From: Verrucomicrobiota bacterium
GTDB lineage: Bacteria > Verrucomicrobiota > Verrucomicrobiia > Limisphaerales > Palsa-1400
Assembly (NCBI GenBank): GCA_049513975.1
Contig: JBEKVM010000033.1
Location: 3,788 to 67,787 of the forward strand
DNA: 64,000 nt
Reading direction: 5' to 3'
Part shown: positions 45,458-54,767 of the stretch, in pieces
Layout: each line of letters begins with the position of its first letter
Position numbering within the stretch: the first letter of the stretch is position 1
Notes under the pieces: generated by a model
Told to the model about the DNA's origin: nothing
Databases searched by the model: none
The model's input: the letters and a program-made list of their open reading frames with translations, nothing else
Translations under genes and position numbers: made by a program

Positions 45458-47797
45458 TCAGTTGGCGGTGACGGCGATGTTGTCAATAAAAACGCGCTGG
45501 GCTTGCGGCGAAAATCCAAACAGACCGGGGCAGCCGTTGGCGTTGACGTGCTTGAGGGCAACTTCGCCCGTCCATTTGTCCGGCTCGGGGTCGCCCTTTT
45601 TCCAGGCTTTGGCGCGGACGATGCCCGAGCCGTCGCCCGCGGCATCCACGCGCGTTTTGAGATGGTACCAGGCGTTCGGCTCCCAGGCGAAGGGCGTCTC
45701 CACCCCGGGCACGGCTTGGCTGAGCAATTCCTGATTGGAGGTGATTTCCAATTTCTTTTCATTGCCTTTGAGCATGATGAGGTAACGCTGGTTGATCAGC
45801 CCGACATCCGACATTTTGCGTTTGTTCCCCTCGCTCATGACGTCGGCTTCGATGGTGTAATTCTTCAGCCCGGGCTGGCCCATAAAAACCATGGCCCGCT
45901 GGAAAAACGGGTTGTCAATCGTCTTGACAAGACAGTTGTTGCCGTCCTTTTCCCGCACCTCAAATTTGAAGCGGGCCCCGATCCAAGGCAGGGGCGGATA
46001 GGCGAATTTGGTGGGCGGCTCCAGGGCATTGGTGGTGGTCTCGGACAAGGTCATCTCGTCAAAATTCTCCCGGATCGGCAGGCCCGGCAAAACGCGCCCG
46101 CGGATGGCGCCCGACAGATCCCCCATCCTGGCCATGAAGGCCCCGGCGGAGGGAATTTTGTCGGGAGCGGCGATCAACTCCCCCTGCTCGTTGAACGTGG
46201 CTTTCATCACCGACTTCACCTTCGCCGTCGGCGGCACATAGGAAGCCCATTCGATTCTTTGCGGGTCGCCGATGTTTTCCACCGTCAAACCGTTGGCGTC
46301 CAGGGAACGGATGCGCAAGCTGGCGATGCCATCGGGTTGCATGAGGATTTCGGAGGGAATGGCTTGCAAGCGCGTGGCGGGGCCGGCCGCGGGCCATTTT
46401 TCCCCGACGCTGGGTTCGGATGGGGACTCGGGGGCTTTGGCCGGCCCGAAACAATAAATTTTCCGGGTCGTTTGCATGTAGATTCGGCCGCGGTAAGCAG
46501 TGGGCGTGCCGTAGCAGCGTCCGTCGAGCACCATTTGCGAGATGATTTTGCCTTGCGCGTCGTCCGGCACGATGACGTAGAGGATGCCATGTCCGCCGGT
46601 GGCGCTCTCCTCGCCCACGGCGGCGGAAGTGCCGGGGGCATTCAAAATCGGGGTGTAAATGCGGCCGTCGGCATAAAGCGGGGAGGAATTGCGCTGTTCG
46701 TTGCCCAGTTTCAATTTCCACAAGACGTTGCCGGTCGAGGCGTCCACATCCACCAGGTCGCCCACTTCGCTGGTCACAAAAACGCGGTCTCCCACCAGGA
46801 TGGGCGAACTGGCGGAGGTGCGAATTTCATTGTTCCACAGTTCCACCTGGGCGCGCGCCACGATCACCGGGTCGGTGAAATTGGTCGGCGAGACGTGGGG
46901 AATTTTCAGCGCGACCATCTGGCCCGGCTCGTAAGGAGTGCCGTAGATGGCGATGATTTTCTCGTTGTTCTGGAGCAGCAGCGAGGAGTTGATGCCGGCT
47001 TTGAAAAGTGGGACGCGGAAAATCGGATCGCCGGTGCGGGCATTGGCGCAGATCACCGCGCCGTCTCCGGTGGCCGCGTACAAAACCCGCCTGCCATCCA
47101 GCCAGGCGAGGATGGGATGCGAGTAGGAATTGTCCTTGGGGCGGTCGCCGGGGCTGGAGGTCCAGACCAGTTCCCCGGTTTCTTTGTCAAAGGCATAGAA
47201 CCGGTCCGAGGCCGGGCCGTTCCCGCCCCAGTTGGCCGTGATGCCGCGCGTGATGACCAAATCCTGATCCACCACCGGCGAGGCGGTCCGCCCGTTGGGG
47301 AAAGTCAGCCGCCCGAATTCCTCCATCATGGAATGTTCCCACAGTTTTTTGCCGTCGGCGGTGTAACCGGCGAAAATCCCCTGAGTATCCTGGATATAAA
47401 CGTTGCCTGTCTCGGGATCAATGGCCGGGCTGGAAGTGGCGTAGCGCAGGTAAATGGTGTCGCTCAGAAAATCCGCGTAGAGGTGTTGCCAGAGGAGTTT
47501 CCCCGTTTCCGCGTCAAAACAGGAAACGCCCTCGTCCAAGTCCGGCCCTTCGCCCAGGTAACCCATGATATAAAGCTTGCCGTTGGCGATGACCGGCGTT
47601 GACATGCCGGGAAAGTCCACCGTCCAGAGCGTGTCTTTGGCGTCGAGCACGGCGGGGAGATTTCTTTCGGGCGAGTTGCCGTTTTGATTTGGCCCGCGCC
47701 AACTGAGCCAGCCGTCGGCGGCGGGCAGGGAGCCGGGCCAAAGCAGGGCCAAGCCCGCAACGCCGGTGACAAATGAGATTTTAACATTCATAAACAA
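45458..47797 (-). CDS. Secreted PQQ-like beta-propeller protein with C-terminal DUF1080/LamG-like domain
   Basis: Signal peptide, then DGWLSWRGPNQNG, with blades TGKLLWQH, GKKLWEH, TGELVWTS and TGNVLWKL. The C-terminal ~200 aa (KFEVREKDGNNCL...FIDNIAVTAN) resemble a concanavalin-like domain. Confidence 0.75.
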   Translation of the reverse strand: MFMNVKISFVTGVAGLALLWPGSLPAADGWLSWRGPNQNGNSPERNLPAVLDAKDTLWTVDFPGMSTPVIANGKLYIMGYLGEGPDLDEGVSCFDAETGKLLWQHLYADFLSDTIYLRYATSSPAIDPETGNVYIQDTQGIFAGYTADGKKLWEHSMMEEFGRLTFPNGRTASPVVDQDLVITRGITANWGGNGPASDRFYAFDKETGELVWTSSPGDRPKDNSYSHPILAWLDGRRVLYAATGDGAVICANARTGDPIFRVPLFKAGINSSLLLQNNEKIIAIYGTPYEPGQMVALKIPHVSPTNFTDPVIVARAQVELWNNEIRTSASSPILVGDRVFVTSEVGDLVDVDASTGNVLWKLKLGNEQRNSSPLYADGRIYTPILNAPGTSAAVGEESATGGHGILYVIVPDDAQGKIISQMVLDGRCYGTPTAYRGRIYMQTTRKIYCFGPAKAPESPSEPSVGEKWPAAGPATRLQAIPSEILMQPDGIASLRIRSLDANGLTVENIGDPQRIEWASYVPPTAKVKSVMKATFNEQGELIAAPDKIPSAGAFMARMGDLSGAIRGRVLPGLPIRENFDEMTLSETTTNALEPPTKFAYPPLPWIGARFKFEVREKDGNNCLVKTIDNPFFQRAMVFMGQPGLKNYTIEADVMSEGNKRKMSDVGLINQRYLIMLKGNEKKLEITSNQELLSQAVPGVETPFAWEPNAWYHLKTRVDAAGDGSGIVRAKAWKKGDPEPDKWTGEVALKHVNANGCPGLFGFSPQAQRVFIDNIAVTAN

Positions 47798-47892
47798 CTG
47801 CCGGGCCGGACGGCTTGCGACTGCCGCGCCCGGCTTGGGCGACCATCATGGTCTTTCTGCGGCCCGGCGAATATTCCGCAACTCCGCCGGAC

Positions 47893-47921
47893 TTGCAACT
47901 AATACTTATACGTATTATTAT
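47893..47921 (+). promoter_or_regulatory. Sigma-70-like promoter TTGCAA-N17-TATTAT overlapping inverted repeat TAATAC-N6-GTATTA; candidate MarR operator
   Basis: Read directly: ttgcaactaatacttatacgtattattat, 15 nt upstream of the marR ATG 47936. The region is AT-rich in a GC-rich context and lies between divergent genes. Confidence 0.35.
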
Positions 47922-47935
47922 TTCATCCAGCGCAG

Positions 47936-48442
47936 ATGGCAAGTCCCAAATTAAAATGCAGTTCCCTGCCGATTGACGCGCCCGCGCGCCGGCGTCTGCC
48001 GATTCTTCTCCGGCACGCCTGGTTCAGCCTGAACCAGGCTTTTCGCCGGCGCATCGCCCACACGGGGGTCACGCCGGACCAGTTCACCACCCTGCGGACG
48101 CTACAGGAGAACAGAGCGCGGCCACCGACGCAGAGCCAGTTGACGCGCCTGCTGGCCAGCGATCCCAACACCATCGCCTCCTTGCTGGAACGCATGGCGG
48201 GGGCGGGGTGGATCGCGCGGACGCGCCACGAACAGGACCGGCGCGCCTGGCGGATTTCACTCTTGCCGGAGGGCCGGAAGAAATATCTGGAAGTGCGGCA
48301 AATTGCTGTGGAGTTGCAAACCGAGTTAATGGCCGGATGGCCGGAGCGCCGGCGCGAGGAGTTTCTGGAAAACCTGCAATCCCTGGCCGACCGCTGCCGG
48401 GAGGCCGAGGAGGCCCCGAAAAAACGGGAGCCAAAAAAATAA
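47936..48442 (+). CDS. MarR-family transcriptional regulator
   Basis: GVTPDQFTTLRTLQENRARPPTQSQLTRLLASDPNTIASLLERMAGAGWIARTRHEQDRRAWRISLLPEG is a winged HTH of MarR type. Confidence 0.85.
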   Translation: MASPKLKCSSLPIDAPARRRLPILLRHAWFSLNQAFRRRIAHTGVTPDQFTTLRTLQENRARPPTQSQLTRLLASDPNTIASLLERMAGAGWIARTRHEQDRRAWRISLLPEGRKKYLEVRQIAVELQTELMAGWPERRREEFLENLQSLADRCREAEEAPKKREPKK

Positions 48443-48483
48443 GGTTGCGATTGTTCCCGGCCGCTGCCGTCGCCGTCGGCACA

Positions 48484-49713
48484 TCAATTCCTCTTTACGT
48501 CCAAACAAACCAGGTCGCCTTTGTTATTGCGGCAATAAATGCGGCCATTGGCCAGGGTGGGTGCGGTCCAGCAACTGGCGCCGATGACCTGGGCGCGGGA
48601 AATGGGGGCGAATGATTCGGGCGAAACCTCGCCGACCACCAGTTCGCCCTTGTCGCTCAACATGATGATTTTGTGATCCGCCACGATGAATCCGCCGCCG
48701 CCCAACCCCGGGAAACTCCATTTTTGCGCGCCCGTGGCGAATTCCAGGCATCGCAAAGTGACCGAGCCGAAATTGACCGAGCCGGCCACGCCATATAAAT
48801 AGCCGTCAATAAGAACGGATGCATTGACGTGGTTGGCAAAACTTCGGTTGGCCCACACTTGCGTGGTGTTCGTGCCATCCAAGCGCGCCATGACCCCGCC
48901 TTGGTTGTAGGCGGCGGAGACAAAAAAGTCGTTGTTGGAAACAACCACGTCGGCGATGTTGAGCTGGTCCTGGGTTTTAAACGGAAAACTCCAGATTTGT
49001 TTGCCTGATTTTGTCTCCACTCCATAAGCGGTGTCCGCCGAAAGTATGGCCACGGCGGGCGTGCCGTTGAACGAACAGGGAACCGGCGTGGAATAACCCG
49101 CCACCGCCTTGTTTGAATTCCAGACGACTTTGCCGCTCGCTTTGTCCACGGCCGTGCCGAAACCGCCCACATCCAGCACCAGCAAATTATCCTGCACCAG
49201 GGCCGACGTGGCGAATCCCCATTTTGGCCTGGCCGCGCCCAGGTCTCCGGCAAGGTTGTTGGACCAGACCACGGCGCCGCTTTGCGTTTCCAAGGCATAC
49301 AGGCAGCCGTCTCCGCTCATCAGATAAACCCGGTTGCCGTCAATGGTGGCCGAACCGCTCGTGCCGCCCAGTCCCTTGGGACCATTATAGACGGAATACA
49401 GATCGCTGGCGTAGGAAAACTTCCAGAGATTGCTGCCCGTCTCCGCGTCGAAACAATAAAGTGTCGCGGTGGCATCGTTGTTTCCGCTGGCGTAAGCCCG
49501 ACCCTGGGCGACGGTGATGGAGGCATAGCCAACGCCCAGCGAAGCTTTCCATAGTGGTTTGGGTCCTTCCTCCGGCCATTTGACCAGCCATCCCGTCTCC
49601 AACGAAATGCCGTTGTGATTCGGGCCGCGGAAGTTAGGCCAATCCGCCGCGTGGGCGGTGGCGCAAAACAGGCCGGCGCCCAGGGTCAGGGCCAGCGGGA
49701 AAGTTTTGTTCAT
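48484..49713 (-). CDS. Secreted PQQ-like / BamB-like beta-propeller repeat protein
   Basis: MNKTFPLALTLGAGLFCATAHAADWPNFRGPNHNG, with blades TGSNLWKF, SGAVVWSN, SGKVVWNS, SGKQIWSF and TGAQKWSF. The internal ATG at 49713 was chosen. Confidence 0.75.
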   Translation of the reverse strand: MNKTFPLALTLGAGLFCATAHAADWPNFRGPNHNGISLETGWLVKWPEEGPKPLWKASLGVGYASITVAQGRAYASGNNDATATLYCFDAETGSNLWKFSYASDLYSVYNGPKGLGGTSGSATIDGNRVYLMSGDGCLYALETQSGAVVWSNNLAGDLGAARPKWGFATSALVQDNLLVLDVGGFGTAVDKASGKVVWNSNKAVAGYSTPVPCSFNGTPAVAILSADTAYGVETKSGKQIWSFPFKTQDQLNIADVVVSNNDFFVSAAYNQGGVMARLDGTNTTQVWANRSFANHVNASVLIDGYLYGVAGSVNFGSVTLRCLEFATGAQKWSFPGLGGGGFIVADHKIIMLSDKGELVVGEVSPESFAPISRAQVIGASCWTAPTLANGRIYCRNNKGDLVCLDVKRN

Positions 49714-49893
49714 GCGGGAAGGCTGGCAACAACCAGGGGCAATGTCAATCCGGCGGCATTCCGCCATGACCTCCCGGCTCCTGGCTGAATAATAGTGATG
49801 ACTGTGCCTGCTCCGCGTGCTCATCGCGGGCGGGGTTCGCGGCGAGCGGGGCCACTCTGGCTTTGTTATCCACCAAAAGGGCAATAAACCGCA

Positions 49894-49948
49894 TATTCCG
49901 ATATTCCGATTTTAATTCCGATTTTGCTTGCGTTTAGCACGGAATTCC
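49894..49948 (+). promoter_or_regulatory. Three direct ATTCCGAT repeats plus one inverted CGGAAT/GGAATTCC copy upstream of the first gene of the gvp regulatory operon
   Basis: atattccgatattccgattttaattccgattttgcttgcgtttagcacggaattcc, AT-rich, ending 11 nt before ATG 49959. Confidence 0.35.
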
Positions 49949-49958
49949 TCTATGGTGC

Positions 49959-50669
49959 ATGGTTGGCATGGGCAATGGTGCGCAAATGGAAGGGAACCGC
50001 AGGGCGGGTTTACCTTCAGTGGGTTCGTCCGAGTCGGTGGATTCGAACGTGTCAGGGCGGCGTTTAATTCACATCCCCGTGATTCACAGCCGGGCGGAGA
50101 TGGGCAGCTTCAGTCCAACCATCCAAGCGATCACCGTGCAGAAGCTGGGAAGCAAAGGGTGGGAGCGCAACGTGAACTTGATAGACGGCGTCTGGACGCA
50201 AATTGAGCAGGCGATTGACCGTTGCGACCTGCCCTACGAGAAAGTGCGCCTCTATCAGGATGGCTTGCCGGTGTGCGGGCGGGAACTGGAGATTGTCTCG
50301 GAACTGGCCAAGGCCGGCAGCCGCAACCACCAACTGCTCCTGCGCTTGAGGGAACGGGGCGCCACCCTGATGGGCACCGAATCGGCCGACCTGCTGGTTC
50401 AGGAGTATCATCTGATCAAACAAACCCTGGCGGCCAACGGCCCGGGGCACGCGGCGCGCCGGCAGGCCCGCCAGCAGGAGAGCAGCGGTTGCTTGCTCAA
50501 ACGGCGCGACCAAGCCATCGCGGCGCGGATCAACCACACCCTGTGCCGGGGTGAAATCGGCCTGTTGTTTTTGGGAATGTTGCACTCGCTGGAGGCCTGG
50601 CTGGCTGACGATATCCAGGTCACCCATCCCCTTTTTCCGCCGTCTCCGGGAGGACACCCATGCCCATGA
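49959..50669 (+). CDS. Hypothetical protein, first gene of the gvp-associated regulatory operon
   Basis: 236-aa ORF. I recognise no family. The stop TGA 50667..50669 overlaps ATG 50666 of the NtrC-like gene. Confidence 0.5.
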   Translation: MVGMGNGAQMEGNRRAGLPSVGSSESVDSNVSGRRLIHIPVIHSRAEMGSFSPTIQAITVQKLGSKGWERNVNLIDGVWTQIEQAIDRCDLPYEKVRLYQDGLPVCGRELEIVSELAKAGSRNHQLLLRLRERGATLMGTESADLLVQEYHLIKQTLAANGPGHAARRQARQQESSGCLLKRRDQAIAARINHTLCRGEIGLLFLGMLHSLEAWLADDIQVTHPLFPPSPGGHPCP

Positions 50670-52084
50670 GCAAAGGAAAAAGCCGGGTCCTGATCGTGGA
50701 CGACGAGGAGGCCATCTGCAAGTTGATCTCCCACTTGTTGGAGCAGGAGGGTTTTGTCCCACTGGTGGCGCTGGACGGCAAATCGGCGCTGCAACAACTT
50801 CGCAGCGCGTCGCCGGACATGATGATTGTGGACCTGAAGTTGCCGGACTTTGACGGGCTGGAAATTCTGCGGCAGGCCAAGGCCCTGGATGAGGATCTGC
50901 CGGTGGTGATTTTGACCGCCCATGCCAGAGTCCACGGGGCGGTGGAGGCGATGCGCGCGGACGCCTTCGATTATCTGGCCAAACCTTACGACCATCAGGA
51001 ACTGCTGCGGGTGGTCCACCGCGCCCTGGCCCAACGGCAACTGAGCCTCAAGATCAAGCAACTGGCCGGTCAGACCAGCCCCAGCCATGATCTGACGGAA
51101 ATCATGGGGCCCAGCGAGGCGATCGGACGCCTGATTGGCGACCTGAACTGCGTGGCCAAATCCAACTTCAGCGTCGTCATCATCGGGGAAACCGGCTCGG
51201 GCAAGGAAGTGGTGGCGCAAGCCATTCACGCCAGCGGCCCGCGGGCCAAAAACCCGTTTGTGCCGGTGGATACGGGCGCGATTCCCGACACGCTTTTTGA
51301 GGCGGAATTGTTCGGGCACGAAAAGGGGGCGTTCACGGGCGCGGCCGGTCGCAAGCCGGGCCGCTTTGAACAGGCCAACGGGGGCACGCTCTTCCTGGAT
51401 GAGATTTTGAACATGCCGCTGACCGCGCAGGCCAAAGTGCTCAGGGCGCTGCAAGAAAAGTCCTTTTGCCGGGTCGGGGGCACCCAGCCGATCAAGATTG
51501 ACGTCCGGGTGCTGGCGGCGGCCAACCAGGATTTGGATGCGGCCGTGGCGGCAGGGCGGTTGCGGGCCGACTTGTTCTACCGTTTGAACGAGTTCACGCT
51601 GCGGATTCCGCCGTTGCGCCAGCGCAAGGAGGACTTGCTCTACCTGGCCAAGCGGTTCCTGGATTTGACCAACCAGGAATTGAAAAAAACGGTCCCCGGC
51701 TTTTCCGAGCCAGCCATGCGGGCGCTGCTGGATCACCCGTGGCCGGGGAATGTCCGCCAACTGCGCTCGACCATCCGGCGGGCGGTGCTCCTGGCCGGCG
51801 AGTTGGTGACCGAACAGGATCTGGATATTTTCCAGGACAACCATGAGGCATGGCGGCGCGCGGCCACCCCCGCCAAGGCGCCAGGCGCGTCCCCCCCCGC
51901 GCTTTCGCTCAAGGAAATCGTGGCGCAAAGCAGGACGGTCGTGGAGCGCGAAGTCTTGTTGCGAACTTTGCGTCAAACCGGGGGCAACAAAGCCAGGGCC
52001 GCCCGCCTCCTGCAAGTGGACTACAAGACGATTCAGTCGAAAATCAAACACTATGGGATCAGCCCCAACAAGGAAACATTATGA
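50660..52084 (+). CDS. Sigma-54-dependent response regulator (NtrC family: REC + AAA+ + Fis-type HTH); GvrA-like
   Basis: REC domain RVLIVDDEEAI...MMIVDLKLPDFDG. Walker A GETGSGKE. The sigma-54 contact loop is EKGAFTGA. Walker B LFLDEI. HTH GGNKARAARLLQVDYKTIQSKIKHYGI. An alternative start lies at 50666. Confidence 0.9.
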   Translation: MPMSKGKSRVLIVDDEEAICKLISHLLEQEGFVPLVALDGKSALQQLRSASPDMMIVDLKLPDFDGLEILRQAKALDEDLPVVILTAHARVHGAVEAMRADAFDYLAKPYDHQELLRVVHRALAQRQLSLKIKQLAGQTSPSHDLTEIMGPSEAIGRLIGDLNCVAKSNFSVVIIGETGSGKEVVAQAIHASGPRAKNPFVPVDTGAIPDTLFEAELFGHEKGAFTGAAGRKPGRFEQANGGTLFLDEILNMPLTAQAKVLRALQEKSFCRVGGTQPIKIDVRVLAAANQDLDAAVAAGRLRADLFYRLNEFTLRIPPLRQRKEDLLYLAKRFLDLTNQELKKTVPGFSEPAMRALLDHPWPGNVRQLRSTIRRAVLLAGELVTEQDLDIFQDNHEAWRRAATPAKAPGASPPALSLKEIVAQSRTVVEREVLLRTLRQTGGNKARAARLLQVDYKTIQSKIKHYGISPNKETL

Positions 52085-52602
52085 AGAAAAAGACCACGGA
52101 TAAAAACGAACCCGCGGGCCAAGCCGGCGGCAGTGTCGGCGGCATCCTCTCGGGATTAACCGGTTTGGTGGAAAAGCTCAACGAATTGGCGGAAACGGGC
52201 GGCGAACTGCGGCGCGGCGGCGAGATTCACGGCGCCGGCAAGGGCCTTAAAGGCATCTACGGCTTTACCGTCAAGGTCGGCTTGGGCGACCAGGCGGCGC
52301 GCGTCGAACCGTTCGGCAACATTCACACCGACAAAACAACCGGCCAGGCGGTGGTGGAGGAAATCCGGGAACCGGTGGTGGACCTGTTCGAGGAGAAGAA
52401 CCACCTCCTGATTGTGGCGGAGATGCCGGGGATCGGGGCCGCGGACGTGCGGCTCGAGGTCAAGGACGACGTGCTCACGATGACGGCGGCCAAAGGCGAT
52501 AAAAAGTACCGCAAAGAGGTGCTCTTGCCCGGCAGTTACCCCAAAGAAAAAATGGTCCTCTCCTGCAACAACGGAGTGCTGGAAATCAAGTGCGTCAAAT
52601 GA
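52081..52602 (+). CDS. Hsp20/alpha-crystallin-family small heat-shock protein with Gly-rich N-terminal extension
   Basis: ACD core VDLFEEKNHLLIVAEMPGIGAADVRLEVKDDVLTMTAAKGDKKYRKEVLLPG...NNGVLEIK. ATGA overlap with the NtrC-like gene. Confidence 0.8.
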   Translation: MKKKTTDKNEPAGQAGGSVGGILSGLTGLVEKLNELAETGGELRRGGEIHGAGKGLKGIYGFTVKVGLGDQAARVEPFGNIHTDKTTGQAVVEEIREPVVDLFEEKNHLLIVAEMPGIGAADVRLEVKDDVLTMTAAKGDKKYRKEVLLPGSYPKEKMVLSCNNGVLEIKCVK

Positions 52603-52616
52603 AGGGAGTCTGACCT

Positions 52617-54767
52617 ATGGACAAAACGGAATCCGCGCAACTCAAACTCAAAGTGACCGAGGCCATCGGCAAAGACGTCGGCCGGGCTTTGGCCCGCATC
52701 GGGCCGGAAGATTTGGAGCGGCTGGGGGCCGCCACCGGAGACACCGTCGAAGTCGCCGGCAAACGCGCCACCGTCTGCAAAGTGATGCCGGCCTACAAGG
52801 AACTGCGCGGCCAATCCCGCGTGCAACTCGACGGCCTGACCCGCGAGAACGCCGGCGCCGCCCTCGATGAGTTTGTCCAGGTGCGGAAGATTACCGTGCG
52901 TCCGGCCCAGCGCGTCGGCCTGGCCCCGCTGACCATTGCCCCCGACGGCCGGGACCTGCAATACATCGGCAGCCTGTTGGACGGCTTGCCCGTGCAGGCC
53001 GGGGACCGGATTCGGGCGGCCTTGTTTGGCAGCCGTTCCGCTGATTTCAAGGTGGAAAACACCCTGCCGCGCGGGCCGGTCCTGATTAATCCAACGACCG
53101 ACCTGGTCATCGGCAAAGCGGAGGTCAAGGAGCGCGCCCGCCTGGCAGTGCCCTATGAGGACATCGGCGGCCTCAAGCCGCAACTGCACCGCATCCGGGA
53201 GATGATTGAACTGCCGCTGCGTTATCCGGAGATCTTCGAGCGCCTGGGCATAGACGCGCCCAAAGGCGTGCTCTTGCACGGTCCGCCCGGTTGCGGCAAG
53301 ACGCTCATCGCCCGCGCCATCGCCCATGAAACCGAGGCCCAATTCTTTGCCGTGAGCGGGCCGGAGATCATCCACAAATTCTACGGCGAGAGCGAGGCCC
53401 ATTTGCGCAAGGTCTTCGACGAGGCGACGCGGCAGGGGCCGAGCATCATTTTTCTGGATGAGATAGACGCCATTGCGCCGCGGCGCGAGCAGGTCGCCGG
53501 GGAGGTGGAAAAGCGGGTCGTCGCCCAACTGCTGGCGCTGATGGACGGGTTGAACCAGCGGCAGAATGTCATTGTCATCGGCGCCACCAACATTCCCAAC
53601 GCCTTGGACCCGGCCTTGCGGCGTCCCGGCCGATTTGACCGGGAAATCGCGATTCCGATTCCGGATCGCCGCGGGCGGCTGGACATCCTGGAAATCCACA
53701 GCCGGGGCATGCCCTTGCAGCCGGATGTGGACATGAACCGCCTGGCGGAAATCACGCATGGTTTTGTCGGCGCGGACCTGGAGGCGCTCTGCCGGGAGGC
53801 GGCGATGATTTGCCTGCGGGACATCCTGGCCGACCTGGATTTTTCCCTGGCGAAAATCCCTTACGAGCGTCTGGCCAAACTGGAAGTGCGCCTGGACCAT
53901 TTCCTGACGGCGTTGCGCGAGGTGGAGCCGTCCGCCATCCGGGAGGTGTTTGTCGAAGTGCCCAATGTGCGGTGGAGCGACGTCGGCGGGCTGGCCCCGC
54001 TCAAAGAACGGCTGGTCGAAGCCGTCGAGTGGCCCTTGCGTTACGCCGCGCTCTTTGCGCAAGCGGGCGTCCGCCCGCCCAAGGGCATCCTCCTGTGCGG
54101 TCCCCCGGGCTGCGGCAAGACGCTTTTGGCCAAAGCCATCGCCACCGAAAGCCAGGTCAATTTCATTTCGGTCAAAGGTCCGGCCCTGCTCTCCAAATAT
54201 GTCGGGGAATCGGAGAGGCAGGTGCGCGACATTTTTCGCAAGGCCCGCCAGGCGGCGCCCTGCATCATCTTCTTTGACGAACTGGACGCGGTGATGCCGG
54301 CCCGGGGCGGCGCGGCTTCGGACACGCCGGTGAGCGACCGGGTGCTGAGCCAGTTTCTGGCGGAGTTGGACGGGATCGAAGAACTCAAAGGCGTTTTGGT
54401 GCTGGGCGCCACCAACCGGCTGGATCGTCTGGATCCGGCGGTGCTCCGGCCCGGCCGTTTTGACGAAGTCGTGGAAATCCCGCTCGCGGAGGAACCGGAG
54501 CGGCGCGAGATCTTTGAAGTCCATCTGCGCGGCAAGCCGCTGGCGCGCAACGTCAGAATCAGCGAGCTGGCGGCCAGGAGCGGGGGCTTTAGCGGCGCGC
54601 AAATCGCCTCCGTCTGCAACCGCGCCGCGCTCCGGGCGGTGCGCCGCGCCGTCGCGCTGGCCGAAGGACCGGACACCGCCAAACCCCCGCTGGCAACCCC
54701 GGCCAAGGCGCTCATCGAGCCGGATGACTTGGCGGCCGCGCTGGCGGAAGTTTCTCCCAAGCCATGA
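52617..54767 (+). CDS. Cdc48/VCP-type AAA+ ATPase with N-domain and two AAA modules
   Basis: The N-domain pattern VTEAIGKDVGRALARIGPEDLERLGAATGDTVEVAG is followed by D1 (GPPGCGKTLIARAIAHE, IIFLDEIDAIAP) and D2 (GPPGCGKTLLAKAIATE, IIFFDELDAV). Confidence 0.9.
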   Translation: MDKTESAQLKLKVTEAIGKDVGRALARIGPEDLERLGAATGDTVEVAGKRATVCKVMPAYKELRGQSRVQLDGLTRENAGAALDEFVQVRKITVRPAQRVGLAPLTIAPDGRDLQYIGSLLDGLPVQAGDRIRAALFGSRSADFKVENTLPRGPVLINPTTDLVIGKAEVKERARLAVPYEDIGGLKPQLHRIREMIELPLRYPEIFERLGIDAPKGVLLHGPPGCGKTLIARAIAHETEAQFFAVSGPEIIHKFYGESEAHLRKVFDEATRQGPSIIFLDEIDAIAPRREQVAGEVEKRVVAQLLALMDGLNQRQNVIVIGATNIPNALDPALRRPGRFDREIAIPIPDRRGRLDILEIHSRGMPLQPDVDMNRLAEITHGFVGADLEALCREAAMICLRDILADLDFSLAKIPYERLAKLEVRLDHFLTALREVEPSAIREVFVEVPNVRWSDVGGLAPLKERLVEAVEWPLRYAALFAQAGVRPPKGILLCGPPGCGKTLLAKAIATESQVNFISVKGPALLSKYVGESERQVRDIFRKARQAAPCIIFFDELDAVMPARGGAASDTPVSDRVLSQFLAELDGIEELKGVLVLGATNRLDRLDPAVLRPGRFDEVVEIPLAEEPERREIFEVHLRGKPLARNVRISELAARSGGFSGAQIASVCNRAALRAVRRAVALAEGPDTAKPPLATPAKALIEPDDLAAALAEVSPKP

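Noticed and set aside
41914-47602. 572-aa, 530-aa and 723-aa plus-strand ORFs (41914..43632, 43826..45418, 45431..47602)
   Set aside because: They are antisense to the SSS transporter and the two beta-propeller genes. They are Gly/Asp/His/Arg-rich shadow ORFs.
49965-49985. TGGCATGGGCAATGGTGC near the start of ORF 49959, considered as a third sigma-54 promoter
   Set aside because: The dinucleotide 10 nt after GG is GG, not GC. It also lies inside the ORF rather than upstream of it.
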